Sequence record: NC_021531.1
Direction: 5' to 3' (one strand)
Length of the DNA: 64,000 bases
This document shows positions 25,109 through 35,724 of the stretch, in pieces; positions within the stretch are counted from its first letter, which is position 1; every line of letters begins with the position of its first letter. The position numbers and the translations under genes are program-made. The notes under the pieces are model-generated. The model saw nothing but the letters and a program-made list of their open reading frames with translations. It did not search any database and was not told the DNA's origin.

Positions 25109-25540
25109 ATGGAGCAGTCAATGCTAAACACACTGGAGTACAGTGACGAAGACCTGTACGTTAATAACCTGACCATTGTGTTGGACAAGCTCGACCCTGA
25201 GTATCTCACTGGTCTGGTAAAGCGTTTCCCAGAGCCGGTTGCTATCGTACACCTGTCGCGCTTGGCGCAGATTCCTGAAAACTATGAGCTGGCCAATCTC
25301 ATGGTGAAAGAAATCGCGTCTTACGAAGCGTCCGGCATTGTGAACTCATCCAGTGCTTATTCTTTGGTTGATGACCCGTCAATCAAGAAGGCCGTCTGCA
25401 AAGAGCTTATCGGTTCGCCGCATGATATGGTGATGGCCGCGCCACAGCCGTCTGCAGACTTCGATTACAAGAATGCGTTGTACATTGTCTTTACGGCAAC
25501 CGACGCCGGTATCGAATACGCATTAGCGTATTTTAAATAA
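25109..25540 (+). CDS. hypothetical protein (possible tandem family member 4)
   Basis: AAGGA RBS. Confidence 0.8.
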   Translation: MEQSMLNTLEYSDEDLYVNNLTIVLDKLDPEYLTGLVKRFPEPVAIVHLSRLAQIPENYELANLMVKEIASYEASGIVNSSSAYSLVDDPSIKKAVCKELIGSPHDMVMAAPQPSADFDYKNALYIVFTATDAGIEYALAYFK

Positions 25541-25546
25541 CACAGG

Positions 25547-25566
25547 GGTGTCTCTTCGGGGACACC
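25547..25566 (+). terminator. UUCG hairpin, probable terminator
   Basis: GGTGTCTC-TTCG-GGGACACC followed by AT-rich sequence. Confidence 0.55.
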
Positions 25567-25598
25567 TAAATTTAATTATTTTTCGTGAGGTATTCATC

Positions 25599-25982
25599 AT
25601 GTTAAAGAAATGGTTAATTGCAATCTGCTGGTCAATGCTGTATTTCTCAAGCCACGCGTATGCGCTCTCTTTCAAAGAGGTCGCGAAATGGCCTGAACCG
25701 ATACGACCATCGTTTAGTACGGTCGTTGGGATGAACGATAACAAAGTGGCAATACAGGCAGGCGCGTATATCCTGATTCGTGCGTATGCAGGCGACGCTT
25801 GTCCTGCCGGCCAGTATTTCTTGGCTAACACTGAACTGCGCACCGTTACGTCTGTTGAAATCGGGACCTGCGACGAAGATGAACTGAGCTTCGGGGTCAA
25901 CAAAGCAAAAGGCACAGGCAATAACAAATCGATAGACGTATACAGTCACGGCGATTTAGCCGCCCGTATACCGGTCTATTGA
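25599..25982 (+). CDS. secreted/periplasmic protein
   Basis: Signal peptide MLKKWLIAICWSMLYFSSHAYA with an AYA cleavage site. Two Cys in the mature region. Start ATG 25599 after GAGG. Confidence 0.75.
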   Translation: MLKKWLIAICWSMLYFSSHAYALSFKEVAKWPEPIRPSFSTVVGMNDNKVAIQAGAYILIRAYAGDACPAGQYFLANTELRTVTSVEIGTCDEDELSFGVNKAKGTGNNKSIDVYSHGDLAARIPVY

Positions 25983-26030
25983 TAAAAAAATAAAAGGTAC
26001 ACCCCCGGTTGGGGGTGTATTCTTTTTTTG
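25983..26030. terminator. bidirectional intrinsic terminator
   Basis: A-run, TACACCCCC-GGTT-GGGGGTGTA, T-run, between convergent genes. Confidence 0.85.
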
Positions 26031-26034
26031 TTTC

Positions 26035-28239
26035 TTACAGACGAGATGGGCCACCCATGAAGGCTGCCACCACACGAGCAGGCGGAGTATCCATTACCGA
26101 GTTGACAATGTTACTCACAGAAGCAGCAGACTTCCAACTCATCAGCCACTTGTTCCAGTTCATGTTAAACATCTCAATACCTTTAGTGCGCTGATGCAGA
26201 GAAGCCCCGCCCAGTACAGCCATAAAGTCTGAGAATTTGTTATCGTCATCGAACACACCCGGGTCAGTAACGAGCGGCATATGCATCACACGGGACAAAT
26301 CTTTGATGGTGACACTGATGTCAACACTCAATGGAATCCCGTCTTTACGCCAGCCTAAGTTACCCACACCGAACGTCATGCTCACGTTGGTTACCATTGC
26401 ATTACGGAACGCAAAGCGACCGCGGGAGTAACATTCGAGATAGAACGGGTGGATATACGTTTGCTTACCGGTCGACAGTGGGCACACCGCCGCAATCCAG
26501 AACGCAATAGGCACGATGATTTCTTGGAACACGTCCAAGTCATTACCAGACCACGCGCGAAGTGGAATGTTCAGTGTGAAGTCGTCACCTGAGGTGTCAG
26601 ATGAATCCCACACTTCCGGGAAGTCAACCACCGACTGACTGTACAGTGCAGCCAGCCCCGTTAAGTGGAGCGTATCCAGTGCACCACCCAACGCAGACTT
26701 AACGCCTTCGATAGCACCATCCACAAAGTCCGCACCCGTTTTCCCGCCTGATGTGTTTACATCAAGACTACGGGCAGCAGAGGTCATACTGTTCACCTTG
26801 CCAGAAATCTCCGGCTCTTTGGTGGAGTTTGACCAGCTACGTTGTGTGGTATCACGTCCGTCTATACGCCATGTAACCCACTGTGCGCCGTCTTGTAACT
26901 CAGACAATGCCTGAGTAGAGATTTTAGTGGCGAGCGTCTTCACGGCCTTCTCAGCCCCGTCTACGAACTCACCCATCAAATCCCCGAATGACTTACCGCC
27001 GGTTTCGTCGTTAAACTTCTGAATCTCTTCATCCGTTAACCCACCGGTTGCCAGCTTCTCGACGCCAGACGTCGTCATAGTCGGTTCAGGGGCGGTACCG
27101 TTCTCAACGTTCTGAGCGGTCTGGTCCTGGTTGTAGTTCGAACGCAGCTGGTTAAGGGTAGCCGTCGCCTCCTCTTCCTTCGCGTCCTCAATCCCGATAT
27201 ACCCGGCGTTCTCTTTGTGATACAGCTCGAGGTCAGCCAGAGAGATTTCATACTTCTGTGCCGCTTCACGGACCTGCTGGGTATAACGGGCGTTACGATA
27301 GAAACGCTCAAGCTTCGCCTGCACGTCTTCGATACTGCTACCGTCATTGTAAATCTGCTCCAGCATAGTCGCCTGATAGTTGGCGAGAGTCTGGTAACGG
27401 TTAATCATCTTGTAGACGTCAAACTCACCGTTAGACTTCCAGATGCCCGGCAGCATGTTATACAGGTCTTTGCGGTCACCGTAGTATTTGTTCTCCGGCT
27501 GGTCAATCCCTTTCATCTGCGCTTGCTGACGTTTGTCGTCGTAGATGTTCCACTGGCCGAGTGACTGAATAGGAACCAGTTTACGGTACAGCAGCTGGGT
27601 GTTGATGATGTTCTGCACAGCACGTAGATACAGGTGCATCGTCGGCTTGACGTAGTAATACTTCGACGTCTGTTTGTTCAGCACCATTTTGATGATGCGC
27701 GGGATAATAAGAATCGAAGCAAAGGCCACGGTTCCCACTGCAGCCCAGATTGCGGCTCCCGTTACCCACGATGCCACGGTACGAATGATACGGGTGTAAT
27801 CACCGGTACGGGCCAGATACGCAAGGTTCGAGTCGTACATGTTCGCAAAGAAGGCGACCACGCCCAAGTATTTCGGTTTCCCGTAACGACAGTGGACATA
27901 GAAGGCGTTCTCTTCGATAGACTCTTGGTAGTACGTCCCTAAGGTGTACGAGCCGGCTTCTGCTTGTGCTTGTATCTTCTCCTGTTGGTCCCCGCGGCTG
28001 TAGTTAAGCGGGTTAGCAAAAAGGCCACCTACAGAAGGGTCAGCAAAACGGGTAAACTGCGGTGGCGCATTTAATGCCTGGTTACCACCCATGGTCGTAT
28101 CCGAGGATGAAAAATACGCACTGCTATACAAGCGCAGATTGCGTAGACGGGTATCCCCCATCTGTGGTGCCAACCCGAACACGGAACGCACCCATGATTG
28201 GTCCGATAATCTTTCTGTGGTTGCCATTTTAAACTCCAT
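26035..28239 (-). CDS. virion tail/baseplate-associated protein (phiKZ gp182-like)
   Basis: 734 aa, directly downstream of the giant tail lysozyme gene as in phiKZ gp181-gp182 (synteny). Confidence 0.65.
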   Translation of the reverse strand: MEFKMATTERLSDQSWVRSVFGLAPQMGDTRLRNLRLYSSAYFSSSDTTMGGNQALNAPPQFTRFADPSVGGLFANPLNYSRGDQQEKIQAQAEAGSYTLGTYYQESIEENAFYVHCRYGKPKYLGVVAFFANMYDSNLAYLARTGDYTRIIRTVASWVTGAAIWAAVGTVAFASILIIPRIIKMVLNKQTSKYYYVKPTMHLYLRAVQNIINTQLLYRKLVPIQSLGQWNIYDDKRQQAQMKGIDQPENKYYGDRKDLYNMLPGIWKSNGEFDVYKMINRYQTLANYQATMLEQIYNDGSSIEDVQAKLERFYRNARYTQQVREAAQKYEISLADLELYHKENAGYIGIEDAKEEEATATLNQLRSNYNQDQTAQNVENGTAPEPTMTTSGVEKLATGGLTDEEIQKFNDETGGKSFGDLMGEFVDGAEKAVKTLATKISTQALSELQDGAQWVTWRIDGRDTTQRSWSNSTKEPEISGKVNSMTSAARSLDVNTSGGKTGADFVDGAIEGVKSALGGALDTLHLTGLAALYSQSVVDFPEVWDSSDTSGDDFTLNIPLRAWSGNDLDVFQEIIVPIAFWIAAVCPLSTGKQTYIHPFYLECYSRGRFAFRNAMVTNVSMTFGVGNLGWRKDGIPLSVDISVTIKDLSRVMHMPLVTDPGVFDDDNKFSDFMAVLGGASLHQRTKGIEMFNMNWNKWLMSWKSAASVSNIVNSVMDTPPARVVAAFMGGPSRL

Positions 28240-28245
28240 GTGAAA

Positions 28246-28267
28246 AGGGGGTAGTTGCCTACCCCCT
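28246..28267 (-). terminator. GNRA hairpin with short U-tract (weak terminator or attenuator)
   Basis: Minus strand AGGGGGTAG-GCAA-CTACCCCCT followed by TTT. Confidence 0.5.
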
Positions 28268-28276
28268 CATGATTTA

Positions 28277-31200
28277 CTACTGTGTCGTGATACGTGAGGT
28301 GTTAATGGTTGGGTCACCATGTACCACCTTCGGACCCGACGGGGTTGCTGTGGACGCTGCCGCTGAACGGTCACCGACCATCGACGCACCACTGCTGACT
28401 GCTGTTGCAATCGTGATAAGCTGCGCCAACATCTGACGCTGGACATTCAAGGACTGCTGTGGAATAGACAGCGAAGCATCGTCGACAGATTTCGGTGTTT
28501 CAGTTGGCGCTGAAACGACCGGGTCACTGCCCACGGCTGCAGAAGTGGCCGCCTCTGCATACTTCTGTTTCTGTTCCGGCGAGATAGTTGGGTAACTTTG
28601 CGATACCCCCTCTGCCGCGGTCGACATCGGCTGACTCATATCTGGCGGTGCGGAGGTCGCTTTAACCCCGGCAGGGTTAGGTACACTGTTCGCTCCAGCA
28701 CTGTCAGCAATTGCCTGACCGTCACGCGCCCCTTTCTGTTCAATTACTTCGTCACGACGCTCAGCGTTTTCAGCTGGCACGTTGTTCATCTCCGGACCAC
28801 TCAAACTGCTACTTCCCGGAGCGAACTGACGCACGTTCGATTCTGCTGCGGATACTTTCTGACGCATCAGATTGTAAATCTGCGCAAACGAACGCGGGTT
28901 ACCCGACTTGTCGTAGAAGATGGTTGGGTTGGCAGATGCAGCTTTTGGCATAGCTGCCGCTGCGTTACCCGCAGGGTTTTGACGCATCGCATTGATAAAC
29001 TGCGAGACACCGCCACCGCCTAAGAAGTGGTGCATGTAGATAGCCGTTGCAGACGGATCTGTCCCGGTTTTCTTTTTCACCACACTGTGACCTTCTTTCA
29101 GGTACAACGCACCCAGAATGGCGTTCGCGACCGGGTCTTTTGGCGACGTCCCGGCTGGAATACCGTACTGGTTAGCGTAGCGGTTCATCATGCCATCCCA
29201 TGTGCGGGATGTGAACTGGAACAGACCTGTCGCACTCGAGCCTTTCGCTTTAATGCTTGGGTTCATCCCCGATTCAATCATGGCAATGGTCAGACCGAGC
29301 AGCGGAGGAATCCCCACCAGTCGACACGCAGCCGTGATGATGTCCTGAATAGAACGCCCTGCTGAGCGGATAGACATGTAATCGCCTTGTCCGCCTTCCC
29401 CCATGGTGAGTCCTTGGTCGCGCATGAACGCGCCATCACCGATAGTTGGCATTGAGCCACCGGTAACCCCACCGTTTCCACTGATGCCCGTATTGGCCGC
29501 GCTGATGGTGCTGCTGACGTTATTACGTAGCGCATCCGCACTGCCCCCAGTCATGTCGGAGTTGTACAATGACGAGTCAAGACGCTCACGTTGCTGAGGC
29601 CCGCCTCCGTTCTCGTAAACCTTCCCGTGCTTCGTCCCCATGCGTTTCGCCAGAGACTTGGCATCAAGAATGTTACGTACCGCCATATCCGCTTTCTTCG
29701 ACAGCTCTTTCAAGGTGGCGAGTTCGTCGTTAATGGTGCCAGCATCGTCGTTTGCTTCGCCTCCGAATGGGTTGATCTTAATCGTCCACACAGACTCTTT
29801 AAAGCCGTTACGGTCGGCCTGTGCACGTGAGGTCATTAACGCAACCTCGTACAGATAGCCACCGCTCAGCACGAGCCGGTTCGGGTTAGCTGCAGGCGCA
29901 TAACGCGCAACAGCGAGCACATACGTCACATATGCTGGTAAGAAACGGTATTGGAACCACGTAAGCATATCGCTCTTACGGTTGGTTGACATTACGCCCG
30001 GTACAAGGGAGTTAAGCAGGTTCTCAATGTCACCTTTAAAATTCCCACTGCGTTTATCAATACACGGCAGAACCGCATCTTCGAACAACAGCAGGGATTT
30101 GACTTGAGCAGCCTCAAGTGTTTTCAGGCCGTACGTTTTAAGACGTACCGACTGAAGCGCATCCAAGTCTTTCTTCTGCGCTTTAACTTGCTCAACTTGC
30201 ATTTCGATGATATCCGTGGACTTGATGTCCCCACCCTTCACCTCGTTATCCTTGCGTTTCTTATCCTCTTCCCGCAGCGAAGCAAACTGCTCGGATACCG
30301 CAGTCGATTCTTTAACAAAGTTCTCTTTGTTCTGCATCAGTTTGATACGGTCTTTACGGCGCAGGCGACGACGTTTAATGTCGTGCTCGACCTCTTTCTG
30401 TACCGCGACAACTTCGTCACCGTTCAACAGGTCAGGCTCTGTAAAGGTTACCGCATCCCACAACTTCGACGCCCAACCGCGGTCCACTTTACGTGGGTCG
30501 GTCAGAGTCTTCAGGAACGGGGAGTCTTTGTCTAAGGCCAGTTTACCGAAGAGGGCTTGCATGTCCTCCTTGGTTACTTTCTTCTCATCACCCAAATCTT
30601 CCAGACGAGGAGCAGATTGTAACTGACGAATCGCGGTCAACCAACGCAGGTAGATTGGAATGAAACGCTGCTGAGCAAATGCGTGGAACGCAATCAACTC
30701 ACCTTTGTTCTCCTTATCCACCCCAAATCCAACTGCCACCTTCTCAGCCTCCACAGCACTGAGGCCCCGTAACGAGGCTTCGCCGTTAGCAGAGAAGGCA
30801 ACATATTTCCGCAGCTGGTCTTCCATGTACTTCGCTTTCGCCCCATCGTCAGAAGACCACAGGTCGTAATCACGGAAGCCGTACTGTGCCAAACGCATCC
30901 TATCGAGGTAACGGGTTGGTTCACGGGTAGCAAGCTTATAGGTACCCCAGATAGCGGCCCCTGCCGCGGCAACGCCGAGAATAACCGGCCAGCCTACCGC
31001 AGTCACTACCGCGCTACCAGCGGCTAACGCGCCGCGAGCCAACCACGATACCGGAGACAGCGCCCCACCCAGAACTTTACCGGCCAATTTCAGTCCACCA
31101 CCGATACCAAACTTGGTAACGAACTTCGTCAGCCCCCATACCCCTTTACTGAGTCCGGAGATAGCCGACCACAATCCGCCCATGACGGTCATGAACATGC

Positions 31201-34200
31201 TGGACTTATCACCTTCCTCTTTCTTACCGAATAATCCAGAGAAGAACCCTTTCTTCTTCTCGCCTTCAGGCTTCGGTTCACTCCGACGCTTGAACCAGCG
31301 GAAGTAATCGCGTTTCTCCCCATCCTTGTTGAACTTCACGCGTTGTCCGAACTTAGCGAACATCCCGCGCAACATCCCTTCCGGCATACCGGCATCTTCT
31401 GAAGATTGGCGCATGGTGTTGAACCATGATGCTTCAGAGATGTCAACCAGACGAGTAAGCTTGTCCATCAAGGTTTCTTTTTTCTTCGGCCCCATGAAGT
31501 CGTCAGAGCGTTGATAACGATATGCATCCAAACGACCTTTGGCGTTGTCGAGGAAACTACCCACTCGACTTTTCGCCCCACCCACACGTTGACCCATGCG
31601 TTTCAGGATGCTGTGCGTTTGACGACGTGGACCCATAAACTCATCGGAGTTCTCGTAGCGCATGGCACCCCAGCGACCACGGAAGCGGTCGGCCAGATTA
31701 GCAAGGTCTTCATCCAAATCCTCACGAATGAGTTTCGGGTTGATTTTCCCCTTGGCCATTAAGCGTTCACGATAATAGTTGGCGACATCATCGTCACGCC
31801 CTTCGAGGTGCTCCAGAATGCGTTGCTTGGTCTCATCATCAAAGCGGTCTGGACGGTAGCTATCAATCGTTCCTTTCAGACGCGATGCAAAGCCCTGACC
31901 TTTCGCCTTCGCCCGGTTATACCACGACGAACTTGTGACACGGTCGCGATAAGCCAGCCCTTCACGCTTCGCCCGTCGGCGTGCAATCTTGGCCAGTCGT
32001 CTCGCGCGTTGAACCACCTCTTTGGCACGTTTGCCGGTGTGTCCCGCGTCTTCACCCATTTCATTAATCCAGCTCTCGTCTTCCGCTTCACCGGCCATAC
32101 GAGCGTTCAGGAGTTTATAGATACGGATGAGTATGTGGTTCGTCTTACGTGTTGCCCCGCCACCGAAGATGGTGTTATTACGGAACCACCCGTTGTTGTC
32201 CCCGGTACCTGACTCTTTGTTCAGCCAGCGAGTGATAAAGTTATCCCCGAGCCTGTTCTTAATCCCGGTAACCCATTTATTACTACGGATGCGGTTGTTC
32301 ATGCCGCGCACGAAGCTAGGTATCTTACTTAGCTTATCCATAGCGAAACGACCTACCCCAGCTATACGTCCCACCATGCGTCCCAGCGGTGTACGTACGG
32401 TACGGCCCCAACGGTCAACCAGTTTAAAGTTCGGATTCGCTACCTCATCGGCGCTGATAATCACATCACCTTTCCGGTTAACCACAGCACCCGTAATGTC
32501 TTCAGGTCTGTAGATAACTTTCCCGCCGTTTTGCAGCAGGTACTCACCCTCGCGCATCATGTTCGCACGGATACGTGGGTTTTGTTCATTCCCAACGTAC
32601 ATGTCCGGGTAATTGGTAAACCAGTTTTTGGCGCGTTTAGCCATTTCGCCGACGCTGCCGAAACCTTTACTCAAACCGGTAGTCACTTTATTCAGCAACC
32701 CACCCGCTTTACCCCCGATCATTTCCGTGACCTTCCACCAACGCCCACCTTTGTAGTAGGAGAGTTCACCTCCTGCCTTCAAAGCTTGTTTGGTGACGAC
32801 CACGTTGCCGTCTTTGTCGTAGATGTTGCCGTTGAGGTTGATATCGTCGATGGTGTAAACGGCTTTGGTGACATTGTTAATCTTCTGGAAATACTGCCCA
32901 TTTTTGAGCTTATTCCCTTCGAGAACCACATCACCATTAGAGTTATAAATGTCTCGCGCACCGATAGCGGCCTTGGCGAAAGCCCCCACCCCGCGGAAAC
33001 CAGATAGCACCCCGTCCTTGCCGAATTTAAATGCCCGCGACATAAAGCCCGGACCTTCACCACCGAACATCTTCGCACCGAGGGAACGCAGGCCACGATA
33101 ACCCCCGCGAATCCCTTTACCGATACCCTCAATCCCTTTCCCGGCAGTTTCCCCCATCAAGCCAAACCACTGGCTAATTAGACCACCCGTACGATGCAGT
33201 TGAATACGACGACGTTTCGCACGGCGCTTGGCGCGGCGACGACGCGAGTTACGTTCATCGTTGGATTCACCCGGTTCGTCCTCAGGTCCATCCACATAGT
33301 CCGGCTCACCGCTGTTCAGGAGAATACCCTGCTCGTCCATCGACTGCACGTGTTCCAAAATGCGCTGTACAATGTCTTTGCAGGAGTTCATGCGGATAGC
33401 TTCGACGATAGCGTCGCTGCTCGCACCACCACCCTGTTGGCTCAGGGTGTTCTCACGGAACAGGGTTGGGAAGTCAGTACGTTCACTGCCGTACAGGACA
33501 CCTGACAACTCACGAACCGTCAGACCAATACCACCACCTTTCGGCGGTCGTCCTTTCTGACGTTTACCTTTCGGGGCAGGACCCGGTCCCGGAGCCGGAT
33601 TAAGTTCCTCGCCGGAATCGCCGAAGCGACGACGGAGTAAATCACCCAATGCGGAACCGTTACCCATCTTGCGAGCAATCTCTTGCTCACGCGTCAGACT
33701 ACGGCCGGATTTGGTCTTGCCTTGTTGCAAGGTACCGAACGTGGTGTAGATGTCGGTCAGGTCACCGTCAGGTACCAGCTCATCACGAGCGGCATCATAA
33801 CGGAATAATCCTGAGTCGATAAGCGCACGGTCGCCGTAAATGGCACGGGCTTCTTCCACACGTTTTTGGTAAGAGGTCGCCTGTCCACGTAATCCACGCA
33901 TCTCTGCGTTGATTTTGTTCGAGAACTCAGCTGCCCCACCGGTACCGGATGAATGTTTCTCGATGAGTCCTTTGACTTTGGATGTCCCTTCTGCGCCCAA
34001 GAAACGGTTCAGCAAGTGGTCATCTTTCAGTAACGCCTCAGCGTTGAACTCACGCGCAGTCGAGATACGGTCTTCTAAGAACGCACCCAACCGTTGGCGC
34101 TGGTCGTTAGTCATCGACTTGTCCGTATCGAACATGTCAATCACTTCGTTCATGCGACCGCGCATCCTTTCACGAAGTTGGTCTGCCGCCACATGCTTAC

Positions 34201-35701
34201 GCACACGGTTACCCACTACCTTCTTATCCACGAAACCGCGGGTCGTCAAGTCGTAGGTCTGGTTAACGTTCTCACCGTAACCCCAACGAATGGAGCGGTT
34301 GATTTCGGCTAACCATGCAGGAATCACTTCGTTAATAGACAGCCACGTCCGCTTATCGAACTTGGCCACACCCGCCAGCATTTCACCGTCGCGCGCACCG
34401 ATACTAATCTTCTCGCGTTTGTACGACGGCGCAATGCCCAACTCGTTTAAGGTTCTGAAGACATTACCCAGCGTTGAGTCACGCTCGCCTGAGATTGCAG
34501 AGTTCGCAATCATCGGCAGGTTCATCAAGTTATAGGCCGCACGGTTAGCGAAAGTATTCGCACCCCGGTGGTCTTCTAAACGACCACGAATCTTGCCGAG
34601 TGCTTTGTCTCGCAGTGGGTTGATGAAGCGCTTGGCTAAGTAGCCAACTCCCAACCCGACCCCTTTCTGAGTCAGGTTGCTACGCTGTTTGTCAGGCGAC
34701 AACTCGGACTGGTCGTCCAAGTCCATGTCGTCTTCCACCATCGACCCCATGAGCATATCTGACAGACCGCGACCTTCCGTGAGCACATTCGAAATCTTCT
34801 TCTTCATGTTGTCACGGATTTGCTCAATGAACGTCTCAGCATAACGCGCTGGAGAAATCCATTCCGCCAATTTACGTTTCATCAACGCACCGGTAATCTC
34901 ACCAAACTCTTCTTTGGCGTAATCCGGCAAGGCGGTGTTCTTCACGATAGCTTCAAGAGCCGGCGTGTTGCGGTCAAATTCAGACTGCTTGAGTTTGGCA
35001 ATGTCTTGTAACGCGAACAGCTGACGGTATGACAGTTCAAGCTGTTTACGTTGGACATTAATCATGACCCCCTTCTGGAGGTTGGTGGTCATGCGGACAT
35101 CTTTGGCGATTTGAATCAGGGTAGCCTGTTGCTGGTCACCCTTCATCGTCTCGATAGTGCTACGCAGTTTTTCTTCGACTGCGTCTTCTTGCATCTCGCG
35201 CTGTTCTTCTTGTGTCTGAGGGGTACCGCCACCACCAAACACATCAGACATCGCGCGGTCAATCATCGCCTGCTGCGGGTCGTAATCATTACCACCCTGA
35301 CCGAGGTCTACCGACTTCGCCCATTTCTCCACCGGATTGACGAGCATCTTCGGCAGATATTTGCGCATCGTCGGAACCATTTGACGCGTCTGAATTTTCA
35401 GCGCGCGCTCGGTCTTGACGAGCTCCTCTTTTGTATGAGAGAAGACGTCCGAAGCAGCATCTGCGACATCTTTATAGCCGTCATATGCTTCGGAGGCAGC
35501 TTTTGGCATCCCCTTAAGAATGATACGGGCACGTTCACCGTCAGGGAAAACCGAATCGAGGGCAGACTTTCTCGCCGTGCGAGCTGTGTCTAAAATTGGG
35601 TTACGACTTTTTCCACCCGTCGAACGGGGCGGTTCGTCGAAATCATCGAAATCATCGAGATTGTCTAAGTCGAAATCATCGATATCATTTTTCTTTGCCA
35701 T
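28277..35701 (-). CDS. giant tape-measure-like tail protein with C-terminal lytic transglycosylase (phiKZ gp181-like)
   Basis: 2474 aa, largely helical. C-terminal IAMIESG, SSATGLFQF, DPVANAILGA, IYMHHFLG and ANPTIFY form a gp144/gp181-type SLT domain. Confidence 0.88.
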   Translation of the reverse strand: MAKKNDIDDFDLDNLDDFDDFDEPPRSTGGKSRNPILDTARTARKSALDSVFPDGERARIILKGMPKAASEAYDGYKDVADAASDVFSHTKEELVKTERALKIQTRQMVPTMRKYLPKMLVNPVEKWAKSVDLGQGGNDYDPQQAMIDRAMSDVFGGGGTPQTQEEQREMQEDAVEEKLRSTIETMKGDQQQATLIQIAKDVRMTTNLQKGVMINVQRKQLELSYRQLFALQDIAKLKQSEFDRNTPALEAIVKNTALPDYAKEEFGEITGALMKRKLAEWISPARYAETFIEQIRDNMKKKISNVLTEGRGLSDMLMGSMVEDDMDLDDQSELSPDKQRSNLTQKGVGLGVGYLAKRFINPLRDKALGKIRGRLEDHRGANTFANRAAYNLMNLPMIANSAISGERDSTLGNVFRTLNELGIAPSYKREKISIGARDGEMLAGVAKFDKRTWLSINEVIPAWLAEINRSIRWGYGENVNQTYDLTTRGFVDKKVVGNRVRKHVAADQLRERMRGRMNEVIDMFDTDKSMTNDQRQRLGAFLEDRISTAREFNAEALLKDDHLLNRFLGAEGTSKVKGLIEKHSSGTGGAAEFSNKINAEMRGLRGQATSYQKRVEEARAIYGDRALIDSGLFRYDAARDELVPDGDLTDIYTTFGTLQQGKTKSGRSLTREQEIARKMGNGSALGDLLRRRFGDSGEELNPAPGPGPAPKGKRQKGRPPKGGGIGLTVRELSGVLYGSERTDFPTLFRENTLSQQGGGASSDAIVEAIRMNSCKDIVQRILEHVQSMDEQGILLNSGEPDYVDGPEDEPGESNDERNSRRRRAKRRAKRRRIQLHRTGGLISQWFGLMGETAGKGIEGIGKGIRGGYRGLRSLGAKMFGGEGPGFMSRAFKFGKDGVLSGFRGVGAFAKAAIGARDIYNSNGDVVLEGNKLKNGQYFQKINNVTKAVYTIDDINLNGNIYDKDGNVVVTKQALKAGGELSYYKGGRWWKVTEMIGGKAGGLLNKVTTGLSKGFGSVGEMAKRAKNWFTNYPDMYVGNEQNPRIRANMMREGEYLLQNGGKVIYRPEDITGAVVNRKGDVIISADEVANPNFKLVDRWGRTVRTPLGRMVGRIAGVGRFAMDKLSKIPSFVRGMNNRIRSNKWVTGIKNRLGDNFITRWLNKESGTGDNNGWFRNNTIFGGGATRKTNHILIRIYKLLNARMAGEAEDESWINEMGEDAGHTGKRAKEVVQRARRLAKIARRRAKREGLAYRDRVTSSSWYNRAKAKGQGFASRLKGTIDSYRPDRFDDETKQRILEHLEGRDDDVANYYRERLMAKGKINPKLIREDLDEDLANLADRFRGRWGAMRYENSDEFMGPRRQTHSILKRMGQRVGGAKSRVGSFLDNAKGRLDAYRYQRSDDFMGPKKKETLMDKLTRLVDISEASWFNTMRQSSEDAGMPEGMLRGMFAKFGQRVKFNKDGEKRDYFRWFKRRSEPKPEGEKKKGFFSGLFGKKEEGDKSSMFMTVMGGLWSAISGLSKGVWGLTKFVTKFGIGGGLKLAGKVLGGALSPVSWLARGALAAGSAVVTAVGWPVILGVAAAGAAIWGTYKLATREPTRYLDRMRLAQYGFRDYDLWSSDDGAKAKYMEDQLRKYVAFSANGEASLRGLSAVEAEKVAVGFGVDKENKGELIAFHAFAQQRFIPIYLRWLTAIRQLQSAPRLEDLGDEKKVTKEDMQALFGKLALDKDSPFLKTLTDPRKVDRGWASKLWDAVTFTEPDLLNGDEVVAVQKEVEHDIKRRRLRRKDRIKLMQNKENFVKESTAVSEQFASLREEDKKRKDNEVKGGDIKSTDIIEMQVEQVKAQKKDLDALQSVRLKTYGLKTLEAAQVKSLLLFEDAVLPCIDKRSGNFKGDIENLLNSLVPGVMSTNRKSDMLTWFQYRFLPAYVTYVLAVARYAPAANPNRLVLSGGYLYEVALMTSRAQADRNGFKESVWTIKINPFGGEANDDAGTINDELATLKELSKKADMAVRNILDAKSLAKRMGTKHGKVYENGGGPQQRERLDSSLYNSDMTGGSADALRNNVSSTISAANTGISGNGGVTGGSMPTIGDGAFMRDQGLTMGEGGQGDYMSIRSAGRSIQDIITAACRLVGIPPLLGLTIAMIESGMNPSIKAKGSSATGLFQFTSRTWDGMMNRYANQYGIPAGTSPKDPVANAILGALYLKEGHSVVKKKTGTDPSATAIYMHHFLGGGGVSQFINAMRQNPAGNAAAAMPKAASANPTIFYDKSGNPRSFAQIYNLMRQKVSAAESNVRQFAPGSSSLSGPEMNNVPAENAERRDEVIEQKGARDGQAIADSAGANSVPNPAGVKATSAPPDMSQPMSTAAEGVSQSYPTISPEQKQKYAEAATSAAVGSDPVVSAPTETPKSVDDASLSIPQQSLNVQRQMLAQLITIATAVSSGASMVGDRSAAASTATPSGPKVVHGDPTINTSRITTQ

Positions 35702-35724
35702 AACGATTTTCCGTGGAGTAAACA

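Noticed and set aside
33200-33260. Arg-rich stretch RRRRAKRRAKRRR in the giant tail protein, similar in composition to the 2440/2786 tails
   Set aside because: It is internal and lacks the KNQRRRR core. Basic patches are common in this long protein.
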